Part shown: positions 23,255 to 37,313 of the stretch, piece after piece
Layout: each line of letters starts with the position of its first letter
How positions within the stretch are numbered: the first letter of the stretch is position 1
NCBI GenBank assembly: GCA_964016885.1
Contig: OZ024746.1
Span: forward strand, 18,600,001 to 18,664,000
Direction of reading: 5' to 3'
Length of the DNA: 64,000 bases
From: Eledone cirrhosa
Lineage: Eukaryota
Made by a program: the position numbers and the translations under genes
Notes under the pieces: model-generated
Databases searched by the model: none
What the model saw: the letters and a program-made list of their open reading frames with translations, nothing else
Told to the model about the DNA's origin: nothing

Positions 23255-26096
23255 TCATGCTAGCATGGGTTAGATGAGTTGTCCCATTGTGAGACAAGCC
23301 TGGTCAGGTGACCATGTCTTGCTCTTATAGAACTATTTTGGTAGGTTTCTACAGCTGGATGCCCTTTCTAATGCCAACCACACAGTGAGTCCTGGGTGCT
23401 TTTTGTATGACACTTACATAGCCACTTTACAGTGTAGGGTGGGTGCTTTTTGTCGTGTCACCATCATGACCACTTTACAATGTGGGCTGGGTGCTTTTTG
23501 TCATGACACCTACACAACCATTTTACAGTGTGGGTTGATGATGTATTCTTCAGCCTATCCTTATGAGGGATGTATGGAAGAGTGGGGTGGAGTGGAGATG
23601 AGGGTGGTGCATACTATATGTATGTACTCCTCTATAATTAGTAAATCAATGTTGCATGGTAAATTTTACATTGGAAATATCTTTTGCATGAGTAATTGTT
23701 TATTTGAATTCTAATTAAATATTAATTAATATAATTAGAGAAATGTTATGGCATTGTTGTCATTTAAAACTTGATGTTTGTTTTTATCAGATGACTGTGT
23801 CTTGCTCATACAGAACTGTTTCTGACTTGGTTTCTATGACTGGATGCCCTTCGTAATGCTAACCACATTTACTGTGTGAACTGGGTGCTTTTTGCCATGA
23901 CACCATCATGACCAACTTACAGGGTGAACTGGGCACTTTTTGTTGTCATCAATACAACCACCTTACAGGACAGACTGGGTGCTTTTTATTGTGTCACCAA
24001 AACTGCCACTTTACAAGGTGGACTGGGTGTTTTTGTCACTCTCTGAATATTTCTGCCACTCACTCAGTTATTGTCTCATATAAAATTGATGAATAAATAT
24101 ATAGTCAGAACCCAAACCTGGAAAATTATGTATCAAAATGAGTCTTGTTTATTTTTCATGAATGTTCTTTTTTCAAATTTAATTTGTTTTTAAACCATTT
24201 TTTTTTTTTTTTTTTCAGCATTTATTATGAATCAGAAAATCAAAGAACTAATTTAAACAGAGTATAGTTCTTTAAAATTTCATCAGACAATACATTCTAT
24301 ATACACTTCCTTAACAACTGTCAAACTTTCAACAAAAGTTTTTTATTCTGAATGTGTTATTCATTTATTTTCAAAATATAATATATATATTTATAATATT
24401 TTTCAACTCAGACAAACATCTTTTGAAGTAACAATTTAACTTTTATAACAAACTTAAAGTTGTGTTCTTCATATTCCAGATATTATCATCCTGATATTTT
24501 ATATTTTTTATGTTTCTATGTTTCTGATTATATTTATATCTAAGTGAAAATAAAGAGTAGCTAATGAAGGGATCATTTTAAAATATGGCATCGTCTTTAG
24601 ATGTCTTGTTACCCTGTTAGAAATAATGAGGTATTTAGACTGCATTGTATATAAATGTTTGTAGGAGAGAAAAATGCTTTTAACGGGTTTCAAATTTCTT
24701 AAAATTATGCCTTAAACACTGCTGATCCTTTCTTTCATCCTTATGGGGTCAATAAAATAAAGTACCGGTACCACAATAAGGTTGATTTAATTGACTTCAC
24801 CTCCCCAAAAATTATTGGACTTGTGCCTAAAGAAGATCCATTATTATTGTTGTTGTTAGAAGAGGGTGGTGGATTGGCAGTGTTGGTAGAGCGCTGCACA
24901 ATATGCTCTGCACTATATAGTTACATCATTTTACATTCTGAGTTGAAATCCTGCCAAGATTAGCTTTGCCTGTCAGCTATATGGGATTGATAAAATAAAG
25001 TACCAGTAATGCACTGGGTCTATTTACTTGTTGGCCTTGTGCCTAAATCAGAAACCATTATTATTATTGTTAGTAGTAGTAATAGTTGTCAATTTTACTT
25101 GCTTATGCTCATTTATGAAATATGTATATTATATGAAAAACATTGCCATTTATTTTTAACATAAAATTGATGTATTTTATATTCATTTTAATGTAGAAAA
25201 TGTTTTCTATTTTTCAAAATAAAGTTTTTAAAATTCCAAATTGTTAATTTTTCTTCCTTTTATCAAATTACTTGAGAAAGCGTGTCAGGATCTTTTAAAT
25301 ATTTGCTGCACCCATTATAAGTGGTAGCCGTTAAAGCATTATGTAAAATGCTTTGAGGTATTAAGAAGTTACGGTCATTTATGTTTTAAGTTCAAATCCT
25401 GCTATGGTCAAGTTTATCTTTCGTCCTTCTTTGATTGATAAAATAGAGTACTAATCATGTACTGGTGTCAATTTAATTGACTTTCTCCAATTTTACTTGC
25501 TTATGCTCATTTATGAAATATGTATATTATATGAAAAACATTGCCATTTATTTTTAACAAAAAATTGATGTATTTTATCTTTTAATTGACTTTCTCCTCT
25601 TCACACAATTGCTGGCCTTGCCGTCTAAATCAGAAACCATTATTATTGGTAGAGCATCAGACACCATGCTTTGCAACATAGAGTTGTGTCCTTTTACATT
25701 CTGAGTTCAAATCTCACCGAGATTAGCTTTGCCTTTTATTCTTACGGAGTCGATAAAATAAAGTACCAGTAAGGGATTGGGGTCGATTTAATTGACTTCT
25801 CCCTTCCCTTCCAAAATTGTTGGCTTTGTACCTAAATCAAAAACCATTATTATAGATGATGAAAATGATATATATATCATCCATGATCAAATAAGATTCA
25901 TTTTATTGGTGTCTTGGTAGCTGAAATGTTTTGCAAAAGCTAAATGGATAATAGTTGAAAAACATGTTTAAGAAGAGTCAAGTTTAACTTAACTTCAAAA
26001 AGTTTTATACATACTGCTCTGACAGAAATGGCTGCAAAACTATACTATGTATATATATACACACACACACACAAATTATATATATACACAGACATG

Positions 26097-26132
<36 letters not shown>

Positions 26133-26319
26133 CATATATGTTTATACAGACAGATATGATTCCAGTTTAGAAAAAGTAAACTGTATCCTTGCATGTCATA
26201 AGAAGCAACTAAAAGGGTTGATGTTAGGAAAGGCATCTGACTGTAAAACATTGCCTCAAAACATCCTGTCCAAACCATGTCAGCATGGAAAAGTCGTGTG
26301 TGTATATATATATATATAT

Positions 26320-26662
26320 CATCATCATCATCATCATTTCATTTTACGTCCGCTTTTCCCTGCTTGCAAGGGTGGGACGGGAACTGATTCTGGCTTGATT
26401 TCTATAGCTGGATGCCCTTCCTAACACCAACCTCATTTACAGTGAGTGCTGGGTGCTTTTTTTCCGTGGCACTTTCACGACCACTTTGCAGTGGAATGAT
26501 AGGCACCCCAGTCCCTATCATCTCATTTCTACAGCTGAGTAAACTGGAGCAATGTGAAATAAAGTGTCTTGCTCAAGGAAACAACACATCACCCGGTCTG
26601 AGAATTGAACTCACAACCTTTTGATTGCAAGGCCAATGCTCTAACCACTAAGCCATGTGCCT
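26320..26662 (-). mobile_element. tRNA-head SINE with CORE/Meta-like domain and RTE-derived 3' tail
   Basis: The minus strand has an A/B-box head (tggcttagtggttagag...gagttcaattctc), the domain cttgagcaagacactttatttcacattgctccagtttactcagctgtagaaatgag, and a 3' tail shared with the RTE LINE ending in GAT repeats. Related copies at about 8845-9080, 27530-27820, 46750-46933, 47540-47743, 49540-49705, 57770-58035 and 62180-62530. Confidence 0.82.
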
Positions 26663-26717
<55 letters not shown>

Positions 26718-29130
26718 ACCACACCATCAAGCCACTATCTTCATATAGATATCCTCACCACCATGACATCCCCTCTCTCTTTGTACTATCAAAAGTCACC
26801 CCTTCCCCACTCATCACTTGTCAAATCACCACACTTGCTGAACATCCATACCTATTATCCTTCACTTTTCACCAACTCACACAGAACAGAGGGTTCTTCA
26901 GTTGGGACAATGACCAACAACCTCTGCACTTGGTACACCCTGTAAGGGAATTGGCAATAGGAAAGGCACCATGCTCAAAAGGGCTGAGAGGACCCTTCAA
27001 TTGTGTCAACAGTGTGACAACCTCTCTAGTGTTTGTGACCTACACAATGAATGTACTCACTACACACTGTAAAGTGGTTGGTGATAGGAAGAGCATCCAG
27101 CCATAGAATGCTTTCCAAACAAAGGGTTGGGAGGACCCTTCAATTGTGCTAAGAACATAACTTTCTTTGTGCTGGCGTTACAATATAATGCACTTGGTAA
27201 AATGTAGGACTGTATGTAAGCAAGATGCAGAGTCCCGCCCTATCTGAGACGTTAGTAGCCCCACTTCAATAGTGACATGGTCTGGGAAGATAATTAAGAA
27301 AACATTTCTGAAACAAATTCATTGTCAATGAAATGTTTGATTAAAAAAAGTAGAGCACAATTAACTCAGCTTTCTAACTTACATAATGGTGTAATATCTA
27401 TAAAACAAAACTTTAAAATGGTACAAGAACATTTTATGCACCAATATAAGTTTTTCATATCAAAACTATATTCCTTGTAACAAAATTAACAGTATTTATG
27501 ATATTATCTAAGTGGTTATTTTCATCTCTTAGAACCCCATGGTCTCAAATGACCCTGGGGTTTGTACCTAGAAAATTTCCCTTTCAAGGCACAAACTGGA
27601 GTAAGGTGTTTTTGTGGAAGACCAGCAGTCACTCATACATACCAGTCTCTCCAATCTTGTCCAAGAAAGAGGCAAAGGCTGATACAGCTTGGCACCAGTG
27701 ATGTCACAACTCATTTCTACAGCTGAGTGAACTGGAGCAATGTGAAATAAAATGTCTTGCTCAATGGCACAACACACTGCCCAGTCTGGGAATCAAACTC
27801 ACAATCTCACAATTGTGAATCTACTAAAATATTTCCTGTACATGTGTATTTTCCTAGTTTGGAAATTTCCTTGGAGAATATCAGACATAAACTGTTTTAT
27901 GTCTATCCACTGCTTCAAATTAGTCACCTTGTTTCGCAGTTCTGAGTTTGTATCTGATTGGACAGCGAATTAACCAATCCAAGTTGATGATAAGGCAGCA
28001 ATTTTCTGGTAAATTTAATTTAATTTGTAAAAAATAATTTTAGATTTTATTAGCCCAGCAGAGATATGCCTTTACCTAAAAAAATCTTTTTTTTCTAGAT
28101 ATTTTCTGTTCTATTATGATTTACATTCATATATAAATAATACATTGAAAATAAGACCAAATATCATATTTTAATTAACGTGTTTCTTCCATCTTACAGG
28201 ATATATGATTAATTATATAATCCAATAATTGGATTCATCAGAATTAATGAAATAGACATACACACATAGTTAAAAAGTGAAGGTGAGAATGCCCAGAAGT
28301 ATATTTAAAGATTATTTTTTCTTTAATCCAACACGATGAATAATTTTATAATTGTTGCATTAAATATAACCGGTTTTAATTGGTATAACAATCTTATCAA
28401 ATATTGAATATTAAAAAAAATGGTTTTTCATATAAATTCGAACTCACAGAATACATGAAAAACACACACTTTATTTCGTTTGCAAGAGTCCATTAGTAAG
28501 AATTTAATCTCATCATTGAGATAGATAAAGGCCATGCCAGACATATTGTCATCATGCATCAATAAATCTGGTAGATAATAGAAATAGAGGTCCCAATTGT
28601 CTGGACAGGTAAGAGAATTGCAATGTTTCTTGGTAGTGAAATATGAGCAGTAAATGAAGCGACCATGTTTCGATTGATATGTAATGTTAATGGGAAAAAC
28701 AGCTAAGCTAGATGTAAGAGGAAACAAATGTACTGTGCAAGAGGATTGCGCTGGTATGTTCATGTAATATGTATGGATGATGATCGTTGGGTAAAGAAAT
28801 GCCATGAGTTCCCAGTGGAAGGAAGCTGCAGTAGAGGAAGACATGGGCAGAAGTGATGAGAGCGGATCTTAAAACACTGAACCTCGCAAAGGAGATGAAG
28901 GAAAGGAGTTGGCGGGGAGAGGCTGTGATGGAAAAGACACGTCCATCCCTTGCAAACGTGGAAAAACGGACGCAGAATGTTGATTGATGGACGGTCGGGC
29001 GGATCTATGCACGCACGCATGTATCAGTGAATTCAAGCGATTAAGAAAAATAATTGTAAAACGAAATGATACCCCAATAATTAAAACAAACACTTGTTTT
29101 ACTATATTTTTCTGGCAATATTAGAACAAT

Positions 29131-29306
29131 TGGTAGTATCGGTAGAGGGTCGGACGCCATGCTTTGTAGCAAAGAGTTACGACCCTTTATGGTCTGAGTT
29201 CAAATCCCGCCGAGGTTAACTTTGCCTTTCATCCTTACGAGGTCGATAAAATAAAGTACCAGTAATGTACTGAGATATTTGTCGGCCTTGTGCCAAAAGT
29301 AGAAAT
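29131..29306 (+). mobile_element. tRNA-derived SINE with Nin-type central domain, 14-bp TSD (representative of a family)
   Basis: B-box-like gagttcaaatccc and core gcctttcatccttacgaggtcgataaaataaagtacc. TSD aatattagaacaat at 29117-29130 and 29307-29320. Other copies at about 1240-1540 (two), 3780-3990, 5620-5810(-), 6265-6405 (16-bp TSD), 24720-25060, 25320-25850, 30745-30860(-), 41137-41313(-), 41830-42127 (two), 43400-43620, 52240-52450 and 61000-61130. Confidence 0.9.
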
Positions 29307-29920
29307 AATATTAGAACAATATGACTTTTCCCAAACACATTAACATCTCTCTTGTAAACAAATTTATTTTACGATTTAAAATTTCGATAACACACCTCTT
29401 CCGTTTCTAATGTAACCGAACTGTTGAATTGTTTTCAACAACGTAGTAACATAACATGAACGATATGAAGAAGTATATATATTAAAAGGATTACTGTAAT
29501 ATAACCAAGCACCTTTCGAAGATTTATTTGTCTTTTGTGTTTATATAATTATAATGGAATACCTTATGACAATTTTAGTAATTTGTAACACAAGTAGTTA
29601 AGTATCGTTTTTCAACAGTAACAGGAAACCATAATAAGCTTGCTTATATCTATTTATATCTTATAACCAGCTCCATTTAAGGAACACGGTCTAAGAGAAA
29701 AAATTACCAGTAGATATCCTATCATACAAAAACTGTTCGTAGTTAATTCCATTAAAGAAATATTTCAAATAAACAGCTATTGAATATATATATTGAGCAC
29801 TGTTTTTTTTTTGTTTTTTTTTACTTCAATCATATATTGTATAATTATTTACAACGATCTTATTTGTGTACTTAGTATTAATAATAAAACAATTAGTGCT
29901 GAACTACGTGTTTTAATTTC

Positions 29921-29931
29921 CACTTCCTGTT
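29921..29931 (+). promoter_or_regulatory. ETS-like motif near the UNC-45 start
   Basis: CACTTCCTGTT lies about 40 bp upstream of ATG 29967. Confidence 0.35.
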
Positions 29932-29966
29932 AGATATTACTTGCCAAGATACATGTGTCTTTGATC

Positions 29967-32900
29967 ATGCCGCAAATTAAGGTGAGTGTTGTCATTTTTG
30001 TTTATCATTCATCTTATTTATCATTATTTTTTGGGGTTTTTTTCGTTTTTGTTTTTGAAAGGAAATATAAGTTATATTGTAATTACCAAATGTAAACACG
30101 CTCGTGGAATTTTTCTGTTAAAAAAACCCTATTAAAATTTCAAGAAACTGGTTGCACATCCCTTTATCAGATGATCGTATTTATTAATTTACTGTTTTTA
30201 ATTACTCTAATATTTCAGGGTTATTATTTTTTTATTCAGGTAAAAAATCTGTTAATTTGTTTACTAGAGTTAATTAAATTCCAACATTAATAATGTCCTG
30301 TATTATCAAAGTTAGGAAGTTAAAATGAAAGTTAAGTGTTTCGAAATTATTCTCTGGAGCGTATCGCTAACTTTATTTTGTATTTATCATTTATTTCTTC
30401 TACTGCTTTCACTTATTCATGGAAGGGTTGTGGGGCAGTCTCGAAACACTCCTTCCAGTAGGTTTTGTCAGAAGCAGAGCTTATAGATATTATCCAAATA
30501 TCTTACTCAGGGTCTACCCCTGGGCCTCCTGCAGTTTATTTCTTGGTGTTGGAATTTTTGTCACACCTGTTTTGCTCAAAGACACAATGTGCCACCTGAA
30601 ATCGGACTAACGACGTTATGGTGATGAACCAAAAACACTAAGTCACACACCTTACTGCAGCCACTCCTAATAAATTGCCGTCAAATATTGGGGAATTTGT
30701 AAACAATTTAGGGATTTTGTCTTTAACTATGTACAATATAAAGGTTTCTGATTTAGGCACAATGCCAACAATATTGAGGGAAAATTGCGTCACTGGTATT
30801 TTATTTTATCGACCCCACAAAGCATGTTATCCGACGCTCCACCGATTCTGCCAGTCTAATACCCTAAACTACGTACAATATATAATTATCATTGTACGAT
30901 TTAATTTCCCCACCTTACCATGTTTCCCTCCAATATCTACTTGAAACATTTTTTTTACGTTGGACTCATTTGTTTTGGTTGAGAGTATTTGGGTGGGTGC
31001 GAGCACTTTCGGTATCAGTCTATTTCAATGTATTTTCTTAGTTTAGTTATTTTAAAATATATATTACAACCATGGTGTTTCACAAAATATATATTACAAC
31101 TATGGTGTTTCACATGAAAATAGAATTCATGGAACCTTATTAATATAATATACAAAAATATATAATTAAAGCGAGGAGGAAAATTTCCTAGTTTTACGTT
31201 TTAGGTGTAGAGGGACGTAACTTTACACATCGAACATTCTTTTAGAATTTTTTGGGTAAAATAAGACATTATTCAATCGAAAGATGTAGAATATTTTGTT
31301 TTGGGGATTAATATAATATATTATTCAATCGAAAATGAATTTTTTTTTAATGCGGAAAACGTTCATGATACAATACTTTCGTTTTTGAAATACTGAACGT
31401 TCTTTCGTTTTAAGTAGACAGCAATGGTCTGCTTAAAACGAAAGAATGGTACTTATCGTAACCAAAGCACGCTTGATTAAAAACAAAACATCAGCACTTG
31501 CTAACAAGTCAACAACCAACCCTACCATAATAAAAAAAGAAGAAAGAGCACACTGTATAATGTAGTTCTAGATGTGGTGGGTATGTTCTAGAACGTATTT
31601 CTTTCATCATAAGTCTGCACGGTGTTTGATTGTTTGGGTAGTATTTTTTACAATTACATCCATCTCATGTTTATATTTTTATTTTGGTTTTAGTGTGTTT
31701 AGAACGAATTTCCCCCCCCCCCCCCAAAAAAAAAACAAGCGTAAATTATTTATTTTTTAGTTTAACCAGGTAGGGTGAGAGCACCCACGTATTTCTCTAG
31801 TTTGTGTAGTATTTATTCTACACCTGTCACGGTAAGCAAGCATGAGTTGAGTGATATTTATGTTATTCTTGTGGTTTCTGTTGTGTTATGAACCAATCTG
31901 GCCTTCAAAACCGGTGAAAATTATTATTTTTTAAAGTTAACTGGGAGTTAGAGTTCGGTTATCCTTATTGTTTTTGATGTTTTCAACAAATATGGCCTAC
32001 AAAACCATCGGAAATTTTTCTTATTCTTTAGTTAACTTGGGGGTTAGGGTTAGGTTAATCCTATTGCTTTTGATGTTTTCAACGAATTTGGCCTTCATAA
32101 CCGACGGAAATTATTCGATTTTTTTAGTCAATTGAGGAAGGGACGTTTTAATATTCAATATATTTAAGATTAGGTTTAGGGTTGGGGGTAAAGAAATGTT
32201 TAATTTGGCTGATCATGTGCAGGCCATATTTAGGCCTTGAGGGTCTGGGGCAGTCAGGTTTGGGAGGCCTAGGGAAGATAAGATTTTGTGGAGGCTCAGT
32301 TCTGTTCCTAGAGGAGGCCCTGTTTGATAAGGGGTGTCTAGGGCATTTCCCCCCTCCGTCCCCTGATAAATACGGGCCTTTAATATACAAGAAACTCTCT
32401 TCCTCAATTGCACACTTATTAAGGCCACCTTTCTTGTTAAAGCAGGTTTAGCCATGCTGACCCCCATGATAAACATCTCCATTTCTTTAATTGATTGTGT
32501 TGTTATTATTTTCAGGAAATTAGTGAAACTAATGTTTTAAGAGAGAAAGGTAATAGTTTATTTAAAGATGGCCAGTATGAGGAAGCTGTCAATGTTTATA
32601 CTGAAGCTTTGAACATTGGAAATGTTCCTACTGATGAGAAAATAGCATGCCTTAAAAACCGAAGTGCTTGTTATCTTAAAACAAAACAATATCTGTTTGC
32701 TGTATCAGATGCTACTGAAGGTTAGTAAATACGTTTTTTTAAAAAGAATTATGAATCACCATATGTAGTGTTTATTATTGTTAGTGTTGTTATTGTCAAA
32801 TTATTGGTAAGAGTTGATTGGAAAGGAGCCAGGGACCCCACTATGAAAGTAAAGTAGTTGACTGAAAACTTGGATGTGATCTATATGTCCTGCACACTCA

Positions 32901-35900
32901 ATATATATGTCAGCTTTACCTAAGTACATCAAATAGATGTAAATTCTTTAGCTTAAAAATTATAGTCTTATAATTTCATTAACGAAAGACAAAAATTGTA
33001 GTCAGATATCAAGTATAAGACCATATTCTACTGAAGGAATTTCAAATATGCAGCTTAGAAGTTCCCATGCCTTGTGACACATGAGGCAGCGAAAGTGCTC
33101 CAATGACCACAGTCAGTTGCATCTATCGACACATCATTCCAACTTTTGTTGATAGGTTTCAGATCTTTGTCGATTGTCTGCCGCCAGTTCATCTTAGGAC
33201 ATCGTCTTCACCTCTTTCCATGAAGGACCTGATTAACATGTCTCTCGCTTGGGAGTTGTATGATGTGTCCCAACCAGCCAAGTCAACACTTGCGCATGAT
33301 GTTAGACACATGTTGGCGGGTTCATTGATGGACTCCTTTGTTAGTGATAAAATCATCCCACCTGATGCCAAAGATTTTCCGTAGATATTTGCTGTCAAAA
33401 ACATCTCATTGGTTCTCTTGACTGGTCTTCACGCACATATCAACAACCATTTGCATGTTTACTATGTGTTAAAAGAATTTGTTGTCAGGAGCTTGGAAAA
33501 ACATTTTTTTTATGAAGAGTCATAAATGTATGTTACAAGACATTATCAATCAATATCAATAGGTCACACTGCTTGCATGGATTCCCTTGACTCTCTGTTA
33601 CTATCTAGTTCTATTGTTCATCATATTTGGCAGGTTAGAGGGATTGCAGTTTATCAATCATACAGTTTTATTTTCAGACAGGTTTCAATCTCCTAATACT
33701 TATATAAATGGTTGCAATTGCTTTAATCTTATATTTGAGGTCCCCTGCAATGTGTTTATATCCCAGATAGACATCATGTGGTCTAAAATCATTCTTTACA
33801 TAAAAGTCTGTTTTATTTTATTACCTGTCCAGTTCATGCCAACATGAAAAGCAGATATAACATGTTGATGATGATGATGTGTGCCATTTTTCCTTTTGCC
33901 TAATCTTGTAGTTCTGAAAGAAAATCCTCATGACACAAAAGCTTTGTATCGACGTTGCCAAGGTTACCAGGAGATGGGACAAATTGAAGATGCTTACAAA
34001 GATGCTACACAATTACTGAAAATAGACCCCAAGAACCAGGCCGTCCAGAAGATTATGCAGAAACTTGTAACTCCAATGCAAGAAAAAGTGAGATTCATTT
34101 TAATTTACATCGAGTCAGTAAAATGTTTTTAATAGTCATCCTTTATACTGGTAGCTACCTGTCTATGGTAGGGCTAATAACGTTGTTAGAACTCCATGTA
34201 GTCTTGAAGTAATAATTCCAATAAGATCAGGTAATAAGAGCTCTTGTCATATTGGATTGCCAACATTGATCAATTAGTTTCTACAAAGGTTTAGTCAGCT
34301 ATACTCCTTCCATAATTTACCTCAGTCAGCTATACTCTCCACCACTAATAAAATAATTTACCTCAACCAACTATACTTCCCCATAAAATAATTGACCTCA
34401 GCCAGTTATAACCCCCCCCCCCCCCCCCCATAATTTACCTTGGTATAAATGTTAAAAAACTGATTCTCTTTATGTCACAATTTGTGCAATTTTCAGGTTA
34501 AAGAACGTACAAGTATGGATGGTAAAGTTGCTCAAATGTTTAGTTTGGCATTCCAGGATAATCCAGATGTAACAAGAGACACAAAATTAACGGTAAGTTT
34601 AATATGTCACATGATTGGTTGTTGGAATTGGTTAATGGTTGAAGCTAACTGATGCTAGAAATTTAAGGTTTTGTTGTATCAACATTATCATCATTATTTA
34701 ACATCTATATCGGCCCTTGTGGCCAATAAATGAAATCATTATTTAACATCTATTTTTCCAAATTGTTTGTGTTTCTTTAAAAGAGATATGAAAGAAGGGT
34801 GAGGCTATCTTCTTTGTTTTCAGTCTTACTTCTCTTGTCTCAATTACACATACATATATGCTTACATGCATACACGCACACATACATCATCATTGTTAGA
34901 TTTGCATACATATATACTTTCATATTTACATACATATATGTATGCATGCATACATATATGTATGGACTTGTATATATTATTATTAGTACCAAAACAATGT
35001 TCGTTAGCTAAACACACCTAACAATATAAAGGCAATTATTTCATTTATGATTCATCATATTTATTTAATTATATTTTGTCAGGCAACTAACAACATTATA
35101 GTTCTTGCTCATGAAGAATCAGGTGCTGAGAAAATAGTGAGAGAAAATGGTATATTTTTCCTTCACAAAATGTCCCAAATAAAAGATGACTTTGAACTTC
35201 AGCAAGCTGCTTACCGAGCATTGGCTAACTTGTCAGACAACAGTCGTAAACGAGTAAGTAAAAGTCACTTATGTTTATTCTTTTCTGTTTTTATCCTTTT
35301 TACTCTACCATTAGTTGAAATGTTTTTTTCTAGATAGTAACCATATAAATAGTCTGCTGTATTATTTGATGATTAATAGAAATGTTGTGATATATGTTTA
35401 AAATATTAATTACACTTAACTGTTGTATGATGGAGTTTGTTAGTGTGGTCTGGGCAGATATATAAATTTGGACATTTTTATATATTTTTAGTAAGGAGAA
35501 TGAGTAGAGAAACAGCCTGAGCAGTGTGATGTGATGGCAACAGAAAACTGCATGAGTAGTGATAGCAAGACAAAACTGCATGAGTATTGATAGCAACAGA
35601 AAACTGCATGAGCAGTGTGATGTGATAGCAACAGAAAGCAGCATGAGCAGTGTGATGTGATAGCAACAGAAAACTGCATGAGTAGTGTGATGTGATAGCA
35701 ACAAAAAGCAGCATGAACAGTGTGATGTGATAGCAACAGAAAGCAGCATGAGCAGTGTGATGTGATAGCAACAAAGATGGCAATGATAAGTGAGCGCGAG
35801 TATCATCATCATCATCATTGTTGTTTTAATGTCTGCTTTTCCTGCTAGCAATGATTGGACAGGTCTATATAGACCAAGTCAGTACTGAAGTGGAGCCACT

Positions 35901-37273
35901 GATCTCCCACCTGTGTGTTTATGTATGGTCTCAAGTTCCATTGAGTGCTCAGGAGAGGTTGTCATGCCATGGAAACAACTGAGGGTCTTCCCAACTCTTT
36001 GTTTGGCAGGATAGCAGTAGAGGTAAGTAATAGAAAGAATGGTAGATGTTAATGAAGAATCATATATGATGGGTGGTGGAATGATGGTTAAGAGATGTAT
36101 GGTGGTAGAGGTGTGATAGAAAGAGAGGTAGAGTAATAATGGGGAGATTGACGACTATAGACAATTTAAATCAAATAGCATTTCTTTATATCTGCATGTA
36201 TCTAAAAAAACTATATTTCTATTGTTATTCTGTGAAGTAACTGTATAGTGTTGTTTGTTTTCACAGGCAGAAAGTATTATAAAAGAAATGAGTCTTCCAG
36301 TAATATGTGAAACATTAAACACATCTAATGAGAAACTATGTGTGACAGCTTCTCAACTTATCGCCAATATAATCAATGCTATTACTGATGTTGATGCATT
36401 TAAAGCACTCGTCAAGGAACAGTCAGACTTGAAAAAAAGAGGAGAACGAGTAAAGCCAGCAAAATTTGCAATGGGTAATTATATATATTAAATTAAATAT
36501 ATAAAATTTGTATATTTCTTCAATCTCTCCATTATATTTTCTCCTTTAATTCTTTTTACATTATGAAAACACAAGGCATTGTCTTCCTAATATAACTGAG
36601 TAAATATTGTAAGAAGTCCACAAAACAAAACTTCTGCTTTAACTGACCATGCGAACACAAGTTCTCTTACACTGTACCTATGAATGCTGAAGAAAATACA
36701 CTTTTATCCAATTTATTTTCAGATGAAGCTGCTGAAGCGTTTGTTGATGATATCTTCAGTATATTGACTAAAATGTTGCCCAGTCGAAAGCTGTCAGCAA
36801 TAGGCAGAGATTCCATTATGGAAATCTTCATTAAATATATTACAGGAATCAGTGGTGTTGGTTGGTCAAAACATTTTATGGAAATTGAAGGTAAATTAAC
36901 TTCTAGCTGGTTTTATTTATTTATTTATTTATTTATTTATTAAACCCATGCTAGCGTGGAAGATAGACGTTAAACGATGATGATTTATTTATTTTGTGAG
37001 TGAATTTGATAGACAGAAACTGTTCATCATCACCATTGTCATTGTAACATCTGCTTTCCCTGCTACCAAGGGTTAGATGGATTCATATAGACCAAGTCAG
37101 TACTGAAGCAGAGCCACTGATCTCCCAGGCATTTGACAGAACTGAGGTGTTTTACCAACCCTTTGTTTGGCAAAATTTCTATGGCTGGATGCCCTTCCTA
37201 TCATCAACCACGAGTTTGGGAAGCAAACTTCTCAATTACACAGCCTTGCCTATATCTATAATATATATATATA

Positions 37274-37313
<40 letters not shown>

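Noticed and set aside
32041-32056. GGGTTAGGGTTAGG as telomere or telomerase template
   Set aside because: Only about 2 units, within an intronic tandem repeat.
35330-35851. 173-aa Cys/His-rich ORF
   Set aside because: Translation of the 35-bp minisatellite.
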